A stretch of 64,000 bases of DNA from Antechinus flavipes (lineage: Eukaryota), in NCBI RefSeq assembly GCF_016432865.1, contig NC_067398.1, forward strand, positions 117,552,001-117,616,000, given 5' to 3'. This document shows, one piece after another, positions 1-9,348 of this stretch. The stretch's first letter is position 1, and each line of letters opens with the position of its first letter. Both the position numbers and the translations under genes were made by a program. A model generated the notes under the pieces. That model did no database searches. It was given only the letters and a program-made list of their open reading frames with translations, and was not told the DNA's origin.

Positions 1-111
1 CGCTCGGCTCCACCACACTGCTTTCCTCTGGGCGCTAGCTCCTTAGCCAGCCGGCCTCGTACCAAGCGCGCTCGCGTTCTGGGGGGCTTCGGAGGGGAGC
101 CTCCTGGTCCG

Positions 112-1498
112 TCAATATTTCCTCTGTCTCAAGAAGAGCCCTCCTCCGGTCGGTCGGACGGGAGTGCTCGAAGGCGAGGGGTCTTCTGAGTCTAGGCTGA
201 AGAGATCTCGGCCCGTCCTGAGGATCTGCTCTTCCAGCTTCTTGTGCCGCTTCATGTCGGAGAGAACCTTATCGAGGCGGGCCTCGCGCTTCTGACTCCG
301 GGCCGAGCTCCCTAGACGAGCGCACGGGATGGGAAGCCTGAGGACCCCGCGCCCCGCCGCCCGCCTACCGCCCGGGGCTCCGGAGAGGGAGCAACTGAGG
401 TCAGTGACACCAAGTCCGCCGCGGCAGGGGGCGCAACACCCCCCCCAGCCGGCTCCCTCCCTCTCAGCCCCCCACGCGCCCCCTCCCCAGTGCAATACCT
501 GGGGTACGTCTTCTGTCAATCAGGGAATTCTTGGGCGTCATCGGCTCATCATCAAAGTCAAACTCTGTGGGTACATGAGGTCTGAGGCCGACAAAAGAGA
601 GAGCGCTGTGGGCAGCTTCCTTGGTTAAACACCCCTACGGAGAAGGGATGGGGGGGGGGGCGCTCTGCTTTTCCCCCGACATGCTTTCTGGGTCTATCTC
701 TGCCCCTGCATTCCCTCCTTGCTCTGTAGATTCCTCGGTTTCCTGCCCCTTCGCTAGGGATTCTAAGTCCTACTTTAGAGAAGTTGGGAAGCTCCGAGAG
801 AAAATCCAGCCTCACATAAACGTCCTAGCTGTGAGAAACTGTCACCTAACAGCCGTCTGCCTCAATTTCCTCATCTGTAAAACCCTGCCCCCGGCGCGAG
901 GCTCGCCTAGCAGGTGCTCTCATCATAACCTTCCCCCACACCTCGACCCTTTCCCTCCCGGCCCTCCTCCTTGGTCCCGGGACGGGGCAGCCGTCACTCA
1001 CTTTTCCTCTTCCTCCTCCTCCGCCTCAGGCTCTTCATCGGATTTCTCCTCTTCACTCTGGACCTCGGGCGTGGGAGGTCTGCGGGGTAGGATCTCCGCC
1101 TGGAGCTCCAGAGTCCCATGGCTGGCCAGCAGCTCATAGAGTTTTCGAATTTCAGCAGGGGGTGGCATCCAGGGCTCTCCATCCTGGGGTAACTCTAGCT
1201 CTTCGTCACTGCAAGGCACACACCAGTCTTTTTTCCCTTCATTTTCTTCGTCTTCTTCCTCCTCCTCGGATGTACCTGCTGGTTCTACCTGTGCCTCTTC
1301 GAGGGCAGGCTCCTCCCCTTCCACCTCCACCTGGACTTCTTCTCTGGCTCTTTCCCTTTCCTCCTCCTCTGCCTCCTGAGTTGGGTCAGTCCGGGAAGGG
1401 GCCCCGGCGGGGTCCTCCACAGCCAAAGCCTCCAGGCCAGACGTCACCTCCCCTTCCCCGGGCTCCAACGCTGCATTGGTCACTGCTACGGACTCCAT
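112..1498 (-). CDS. PAGR1: PAXIP1-associated glutamate-rich protein 1; join(complement 1002..1498, 499..581, 112..311), 259 aa
   Basis: Exon 1 encodes [15 protein letters not shown]...[10 protein letters not shown]...WMPPPAEI, exon 2 [13 protein letters not shown], exon 3 [37 protein letters not shown]...RQRKY. All junctions are GT-AG; 497+83+200=780 nt in frame; Kozak gccATGG. Confidence 0.97.
805..885 (+). mobile_element. MIR-type SINE fragment in PAGR1 intron 1
   Basis: MIR core-like gcctcaatttcctcatctgtaaaa at about 858-882. Confidence 0.6.
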
Positions 1499-1899
1499 GG
1501 CCCTGGGCCAGGGTCCTTACGCTGCAGGGGAGGAAGCCCTACAATGACTGACAGCTCAGGGAATCGAGGGCCACCTGGACACTGGTCTGCCCTCAGGGGG
1601 AGGTAAGTCAACAAGAGGGATCCCCGACCCCAAAGTGCGGGAAGGGGGGGGTCTCCAGACTGGCAGCGTAAGGTTTTGCTGCACCCCTCCCCTTTTCTCA
1701 TTCCAGGCCCAACCCCCCACCCCCGACTCCCATTTCCAAAGACTTCAACATCAGCCCCAGGACTGGGGATCTCAAAGCCTATAGGGAGGAAGTAGTTCTT
1801 TACAAAAAGCCACGCCTCCACCCCCAATTTACGAAACCGTCTCGGGAGAGGTCACACACCTAGACAAGACCAGTCTCCAGCCTCTCCCCCTTTCCCCCC

Positions 1900-2420
1900 G
1901 GGAATCAGACACTGACAAGCCTGGGGGGATGGGCCGGTGAGCGAGGAGAGTCCACGCGCGCGCGCGCTTCTCCCACGTTAGCTCCACCCCCTCCCACTCT
2001 CCGTCCCAGCGACCGCGGCGCGCGCATCCACACAGTTCCCCGCGAAGTCTATCTCAGGGCCAACTCCCACGGCCACGCGACATCTATCCGCATTCCTGTC
2101 CTTAGCGCGAGGAGATCCGATACGCACCTAGTGCAGCACCCTTACCCACCCCTTTCTCATCCCCACCCCAACTCGAGCCCTAATAGGCGCGGCCCAGGAG
2201 ATGAGGCAAAAGCCCTGTGATCCTGAGGGTCTGGCGCCTGCCAGGAACTAAGATGGCCACCAAGACCGCGCGTGCGCACCGCATCAAACACATTTGGCGT
2301 AGACTCGTTCGTTCTCCCAGCGCCGCCTGCTCCACTCCTTCCTTCCGTCTCCCCTCCCCCCTTCCCAGAGACGCGATGTTTTGAGGGTCCTGAGAGAGGA
2401 GTCCGAGCTGACCGGTCATC
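1900..2420 (-). promoter_or_regulatory. CpG-island promoter/5' region of PAGR1
   Basis: High CpG density; YY1-like AAGATGGC 2250-2257; NRF1-like GCGCGTGCGCA near 2269-2279; directly upstream of the PAGR1 ATG. TSS not determinable. Confidence 0.7.
1955..1967. repeat. (CG)6 alternating tract, Z-DNA prone
   Basis: cgcgcgcgcgcgc read directly. Confidence 0.85.
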
Positions 2421-2499
2421 GTACACTTCTCTGTATTACTTTAGGCTTTACAAAGCTGCTTCTTCGCCACGACTTTAGGAGGCAGGCAGGGCAGGCATC

Positions 2500-2580
2500 T
2501 TCCTACCCATTTTGCAGATGAGGGAATTGAGACGCAGAGGGGGGCTGCAGGGGAGCCGTCTGAATTCTAGGATTGGGATG
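2500..2580 (-). mobile_element. MIR-type SINE fragment
   Basis: cccattttgcagatgagggaattgag is the reverse-orientation MIR core. Confidence 0.55.
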
Positions 2581-2704
2581 TGCCTAGGATTACTTAGATA
2601 CATGGGGAGTGGGGCAGCGGCGGGAGGGAAGAGCCCTTGGCTGGAGCGGAGGAACAGATGGACAGAAGAAGCCGAAGGAACAACATCTCATGCACAATCT
2701 CAAG

Positions 2705-2710
2705 TTTATT
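2705..2710 (-). terminator. Probable PRRT2 polyadenylation signal AATAAA
   Basis: tttatt on +, at the end of an A/U-rich 3' UTR segment about 1.4 kb past the PRRT2 stop. Confidence 0.75.
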
Positions 2711-3961
2711 GGTGCTCAGATTCATGCAGCATCCTCCATACAAAATGGATAAACAGATAATTTTGCTGTTTTTTTTTTTTTTAAGATAAGTGGGGTTTTT
2801 CTTCCCACGCTTTTTTTTTTTTTTTTTTTGAGAAAAATCTACCAACTGGACTGGGTAGCTCCCTACCCCCACCCCCACCCTCTTGCCCCGCCTCGTGCGG
2901 CAAAGTCGCCCTAGTCCCCTTAAAAAAAACCCCACGAGGACACGCCCCTTACAAGCCCAGGCTTCCAGCTCAGTCGCTGGGCATTTGGTCCGATTTTTTT
3001 GCTTTTTTTTTTTTTTCTTACAAAGCACGTGAATGGCACAACCCTCCCCCTATAAATAAACGAATACATAAATAAACTGTTAAAATCCTCTCCTTTGGGC
3101 AGCCAGGGGAGGGGGATGCGGACCAGGGCACAGCGCCTGGGTGATTCGCCTGGGCCAGCACGCGCCCAGGTTGGAAACCACCCGCCCCAGTTACATTCCC
3201 TCATGCGTGGTACGTAAGACAGGCATCGCAGACCAAACAGCAATGCACCCCAGGCCCCCCTCCCCCCCACGAAATTAGGAGATTCTCTAAGGCCCACCCC
3301 CCTCCCTTTCCCTCATGCCCCTCAATGCAGCTTTCTCCCCGTACTCGGTTTCACAGGGAGCTATTGGGAGGGTAGACATTTAGTCTGCTCCCAGGAATCG
3401 TCTTTGAAGAGACTGAACAGTCAGAGAGATAGGCTGGGGTTTGTTTTTGCATATCATTCCCGGGAGGATGTCTCAACATCATTCCCTTTCCCAATTTGAA
3501 CTGGGCAAAGCTTCTGTCAACCCCTTCTTGTGAAAGAAGGAGGAGAGCAGGCTCTCCGAAAGCTCGGTCTGTTCACCTGGAGGTGGGGACCAGGGTCCGG
3601 TCACCCACCACAGCCCCCACCTCAGTCTATTCGTTTTTGTAGTATGCTCAGGGGAGAGGGAAGGTGAGAAATGGAGGCAGGGAATGGAAAGGGAAATGAG
3701 AGAAAAGGCTAGATTGAGACTAGGAACGACAAGATGAGAAGAAAAAAGATTCGGAGAAAGCCAGGGAAAAAGAGGAAGAGAGGCTGAGAATATGGGAAGA
3801 AAATAAGGAAGATGAATAATGGAAAGGAAGATGGGGGGAATAAGAAAAGGTGGACAAGAGGTTAGAAAAAAGGAAAAAGGGAAGATTGGCAGGTAAGCAG
3901 AGAAGGGCCAGGAGAGATGAATGAGGTGGGAGTGAGGAGGGAGAGGAGAGGAAAGGAGAAC

Positions 3962-3969
3962 TGTAAACA
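3962..3969 (-). promoter_or_regulatory. miR-30-5p 8mer seed match (TGTTTACA) in PRRT2 3' UTR
   Basis: Minus strand reads GGCCTTGTTTACAG, an exact complement of the miR-30 seed plus A1. Confidence 0.6.
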
Positions 3970-4106
3970 AGGCCCTGCTCCAGCTCCCTGGGTCTCCGAA
4001 GAATCAAGGGCTGCTGGTGGGGGCCGTCATTAGGCCTCACCCCAGGAAAGAGATGGACCCCTGGTAGTTCAGAAGAAAAAGTCCGAGGGGCACAGGGTAG
4101 AGCTTC

Positions 4107-5998
4107 TCATTTAAATACTGTTCAGAGGAGAGAAAGGGATGGAAGGGGCGATGTTGAAGTGGGGAGGGAGAAAGACAGATAATCGGAGACAGAAAGAAAG
4201 ACAGGCAGACAGATACAGAGAGACAGGCAGAGAGAGAGGGAGATGTTGGTGGGAGAGATAGAGAGAGCAGGTACAAGTTAGTGATGTTAGACCTCCATAA
4301 ACAACCAGTTCAACTTTTCCTCAGATCTAGTTCTATTTCCACAGAGCCACAGTCTTTCAAAGAAACCCAGTCCTTCTCCACCCACTCAATTCTCTTAACT
4401 AAAAACTTCTGGGTTCTACCATAATCACCCACCACTCACCCAACCTTCTTCTCCATCCCCATCTCCACTCCCCAACCAACTCAAGTTCATACTCACATCC
4501 AAAGTTGATGACACAGGAGGCAATGATGATGAGGATCCCGCCCACCAATGCTACGATACTCAATAGCTTGGCCACCCGTCCCAAGCGATGAGCTCCATCC
4601 ACATCACCCTGCTGCAGACTGTTCCGAGACTGTCGCCAACAACATTGGGGATCACGGTGAGGGTCAGGTAACCAGTGTGAAGTCAGTCAGAATGTCAGTT
4701 CATGATGTATAGAGAAGAGGAAAAAAGAAGGAGAAAAGGAAAACAAATGATCAATATGAGGTCAAAAATGTTTTCTTCCCCTTTCCCCTCCCTGGGAAGT
4801 AGAGGCTCTTGGAGAAAGAACCAGGGAAAGATGAAATCAAAGGAGAGGAATAAAAGGACAGAAATCTAAAGGGAGAGGCCCAGGACTTTTTTGGAGATGT
4901 GGTTCTCAGGATCCATGAGGAGGTGGCCCAGAAACAAACCCCCTTACCCCAATTCCCATCCCCTGCTCCCCAGGGTTTTCTGCATCAGGCACTTGGAGAG
5001 CACTTCACCTGAAGTATAAGGGAGCTAGTGTAAAGGAAAGGTAAGGATTTACAAGCACTCACCATGATGGCATAAGCAAAGGCCACAATGTTGACTGGCC
5101 ACATGGGGCAGAAGCAGGATAGGATGGCGATGATGATGTAGTCACGTGGCTTTGGGGTCCCTTCACCCCCCTCCACTCCCGGCCCCCCCAGCAGGGAGCT
5201 GGGGTGGCGGCTCAGACTGCCTCTGGGGGAGCCAGGCTTTGCACCATGCCCCCCAACTCCCCTCTCCTCATCTACCAATTGCTGGAGGACCTTTGGGGGT
5301 GCCCCATTGGCTGGAGGGCCTTTGGGTGGTGGAGGGGAGTGGGGCTGAGGACTTGTGCCTTTGTCCTCCTCTCCAGCCTTCATGGGCATTACCGCCCCAT
5401 TCTCTTGTTTCTCTATCAGGTCCCCCGTTAGGTCCTCAGGTGTTGCCTTTTGGACAGGAGATGTTGGCTGGGAGGCTGGCCTGAGGTCAGAGACTGGTTC
5501 CTGCTTGGCCCCCTGTGGTGCCTCTGAAGGTTCTTTGTTGACTTCTAGGATTGGGGCAGACTCTTTGCTCCCTTCTTGGGGTGGCTCTTTGCTGTCTTCT
5601 TGGGGTGGCTCTTTGCTCCCTTCTGGGGCTGACACAGACTCTTTGTGGGTTTCTGGTGTTGTTGGAGGGTGGGAGTCTACTCCAGGGGTCTGTTCTGCTA
5701 ATGAACTTCCTGGGTCTGGTATGGAGTCTGTATTCTTGACTGGGTTTGGGGTCCCTTCTGGTGCCTCTGAAGTTTTTGTTGCCTGTTCAGGGGAGGTCCC
5801 CACTTCTGGGCTACCAGCTGATGGTCTGATGGAATCTGGAACCATTTGGGGGGTTTCTGTGATGTCCTGGGCCCCAGCTGGAGTCTGGGGACAGGTAGTC
5901 TGTGCTCCAGGAGTGGTGGTTCCAGGCCCTTCGCCTTGGGCTGAGGTACCCTCCTCATCCCCCTTCATCTCTGTCCCTTCAGAGCCACTGGATGCCAT
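4107..5998 (-). CDS. PRRT2: Proline-rich transmembrane protein 2; join(complement 5063..5998, 4497..4629, 4107..4117), 359 aa
   Basis: MASSGSEG start; CD225/dispanin domain [29 protein letters not shown]|[44 protein letters not shown]|LFK*. 133-nt exon 3; last exon cag|TA TTT AAA TGA; 936+133+11=1080 nt. The exon 2 acceptor is probably at 6068. Confidence 0.96.
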
Positions 5999-7114
5999 CT
6001 TGAGATGGGAGAAAGGAGGGATAGGACAGTGGGGGGGTGGGGAGGGGAGAGAACAGCAACAGGAGATCCTGGAATAAGAGGAGACACAGCTGGATCTGGG
6101 GAAGAGAAAGTGTAGAACACGGAGCCCAGCAGCCTCAGCAGGATCTGAATAGTTAACTCTGCCTGAAGAGGGGCAAGGTAGTGGCCAAATGTCGGCAGCC
6201 TCAGGGGGAAGGACCGACCCCAGGAGCTCCGTGCGTTTCCCTCCGAGCTTGAGGGCAGGCTAGCAGCCTTGGGCTGAGACCCCTTCCTTCCCCACGGGGC
6301 AGCAGTGAGTGGGGGTGGCCGTGGGGTTTAAGGTGAGGAGGTGGCGCTGCCTGTGGGATTCTCAGAAAGTGAGAGCTGGGCTGGAAGGACCCGGGCTGAG
6401 CCTTTGGGTACAAGGAGCAGAAAGCTGGCCTCCCTTTGGCTCCCACCCACACCCACTTTCTTCAAGGCCCCCTCCCATGTGTCATCCAGAGAAACTCAGC
6501 CGTGGACAGAGACGCAGACACGCATGGACAGACCCAGCCGCTGACTGGCATAAGCAGGCAGGCAGACAGGCAGTCACCACCGCCTTGCCTACCAAATCCG
6601 GTCTCTCGCAGGCACGTTGAGGAACCCGCTGCCAGGCAGATGCCAGGAGAGATGCCCTGCGCTCTCTTTTCCTCCATTCCCCCTCCAGCTGGTTCCAATC
6701 TCTCTCCTTTGGTAACTCTCTCATCCCTTTTTCCTCCCCGACTTCACTCCAGCTCAGACTGGTGTTTATTTTATTTTATTTTTTTACTGCGTGTGTACAA
6801 GAGCCCCCTCCCCTAGGGAAGGGGGAATCCCTTATTTCTCTCCAATCCCTTCTCCCAAGGGAGCGCCACCTTCCCCTTTCCCCTCAGATCCCCCATGCCT
6901 GTACATTACCATAGCACCTTGGTTTCCCGAGGACCCTTTCCCCCCAAGTCACCAACCAGAACCTAGGTCCCTTCTCCCCCCTCCCCCCCGCAGGGACCCC
7001 GCATTCTTGCGCGGAAGCTCCATTTGTCCATGCACCCCACATTCATAGAGTGAATCTCTTCCACTCTTGCCCCATCGGACCCCCGGGCCCTTCCCTACAA
7101 CACCCTCCGCTCAC

Positions 7115-7260
7115 CTGCTCTTCTTTTCCCAGAGCCCCGGGGGCTGCTCTTGCCGCCGCCGCTGCAGCAGCCGGGGAGCAAGCGAGCGAGGCAGCGAGCT
7201 AGAGAGCGAGCGAGGCAGCGGCTCCCCCTCCTTCCTTCCACCCCGCCTTGTGCGCGCCGC
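7115..7260 (-). other. PRRT2: Probable non-coding exon 1 of PRRT2 within CpG island (about 7050-7620)
   Basis: CpG-rich (GCTC/GAGC)-repetitive 5' UTR-like sequence ending in a good donor CAG|GTGAGC at 7115/7114; 5' boundary approximate. Confidence 0.65.
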
Positions 7261-8376
7261 CCCCGCCCCCCTGCACTCTATCGCCTCCCCTCCCATCCCG
7301 GACCCGGGGGAGCCTCGCGCGCTGGGGCCCCAAGTTACCCTGGCAACCAGGAGATTGCTTCGCCCCCCCCCTCCTCACCCAGCGACCCCCCCAGGCCCTC
7401 GCGCCCCCTTTCCCCTCCCCCCCCTGCCCAACGGTCACCGAACTTCCCCTCCCCCCCCTCTCCCTCGGCTTGAAGGGCTGCGGTGCGGGGTGTGAGACCA
7501 GGCGGGAGAGGCTGGCATGGGGGGAAGGGGAGAGGAGCCGGGGCCGTGTCCAGAGAGGGGGGATCGGCTAGGCTGCGGGATGAGGGTCAGGGTGGTGGGA
7601 GAGGGAAGGGACTCATGGGGGATCGCAAGGAGAGAGGGCCCCGCCCCCACCCCTCACCCCAGGTGGACCAGGGGCAGCCCAAAAGGGCAGGGAGAGAAGG
7701 GTCCGAGAGTGCTCAGGACATGGAAAGGAAGGTCTTGGGAGGTGAGGCGCAGGTAAAGGGGCTGTGGAGGAGCACCCCCGGGGAGGCTGGTGAGCCTCAG
7801 GGTAGATCAAGGCAGGAATTGGGTGTCAGTAGGGGCCGACTGCAACTTGCCTTCTTCACTGGCCCCACCCACCCCCGGTCCTGGGGCGCTCAGGCTTTCC
7901 CCAGCCCTGCCACTGTTCCAGCTTGCATCGATGACATGACTTTGCAGGTATTTGACTGTGGGGTCCCAAGATAGGCCCTCTGGCAGGGATGCTGGGGGGA
8001 GCTGGCGCTGCCCGAAGCAGAGCGGCTGGCCCGCCAGTGTCTAGCAGAAGCCTCCAATAGGGATTAGCTGCTCGTGGGCAGGGATTGCCCCCAGAGCCTG
8101 CTAGCCAGACTCGGGATCCTCCCTGCTCCACCCTGCATCTGGGCTGCAGCCACTGGTGCCCTCCACTGAGGAGGACAGGAGCCTGAGATCAGGGCCCAGA
8201 GAAAGGAAAGAAATAGACTCTGGGGTCCTGTGGGTGGAAGCCAGCAAAAAGTCCTTTTATGGGGACTGTGCCTGTGACTCCAGGTCACACTCCAGGTGTA
8301 TGTATCTGTGTGTGATTGAAAGGGTAGTGGGGTAAGAGACAAACAGACAGAATCAAGTTTTTGTTTTTGTTTAAAA

Positions 8377-8382
8377 TTTATT
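8377..8382 (-). terminator. Probable MAZ polyadenylation signal AATAAA
   Basis: tttatt on +; GU/U-rich downstream element (ttctgtctgtttgtctc) on the minus strand. Confidence 0.8.
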
Positions 8383-9348
8383 GTAATGGGGTCCGCAAAG
8401 GAGGGGGTGAAGGGTGGGGAACATGCAGGGGACACAGGAACACGATGTCATGGCTAGGGCCACAATTTCTGTTGGGGAGAGGAGGGGGAAAAAGGGATAA
8501 AAAAAAAAAAAAAAAAAAAAAGGACAGAACTACAGTTGAGATGAGAGGGAATGGGGAAATACTGCTGCTGCATTCCCCCCCTGGGAAGCACCTTTATTTT
8601 CTGGCACCCCCCAAAAAACTATCCTCTCATTCTGTCCTTTACTTACCCTACTCCCCTCCCCAAGGTCCTGCCTCTTACTCTGCCTTCTCCCCAAAATGTT
8701 TTATCCCCTTAATCGCCCAGTCTTCATTATGTTACATTCTAGAGGAAGAAGATTAGGGCCAAGGACCCCAAACAAACCCCCACTTGTGACTAAGTCCTTT
8801 ACTGTTTGTTCCTCACCTTAACCTCTTTCTTTTCAAATCTCTCTTCTCCCCACACCCAGGACAGAATCTTTCATTTTCCTTCTCTTTTCCTCCACACTCT
8901 TAAATCCCTGCCCTCCCCTCCCCCCCCCATTTAAACAGCACCAACTCCCCAGGGATGGGCAGCAGACAGTAGGTAAATAGGGGATTGGAAAGGTGGGAAG
9001 GAAGAGGACCTTTAGGGAAGAAACGTTCTTGAATCCCTAGGGGAACATGGGAAGGGCTATGGAGAAGAGAGGGCAATGAGACAGCTGGTATGTCCTCTGT
9101 CACCCCTGAAATCAGTCTAGGGGGCCCCCAAATCACCAGAGGAACAATGGGGTTCATATAGGGAGGGGAGAGAGAAGAGAAACAAATGTTTAAAATCTAG
9201 CGAATTCCCCTAAGAAAACATTTCTTCACTCCTTCCTTCTGGTGGCTCCTTGGTTGGTGAGGGAAGGAACTGAGTTGGTGGGAAGGGGGTGGGAGAGGAG
9301 AGAGGAGACTGAGGCCTTTCCTCTATACCCCAACCCCCACCTCAGGGC

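Noticed and set aside
5355-6077. 240-aa plus-strand ORF
   Set aside because: Antisense shadow of PRRT2 exon 2.
6330-6350. CTCF-like AGGTGGCGCTG
   Set aside because: The 5' half of the core mismatches; insufficient without ChIP data.
6495-6535. Possible REST/RE1 site in PRRT2 intron 1 (two GGACAG half-sites)
   Set aside because: Spacing and the left half-site do not match TTCAGCACC-NN-GGACAG.
7067-7974. Stacked ORFs over the PRRT2 promoter
   Set aside because: CpG-island shadow ORFs with low-complexity translation and no recognisable domain.
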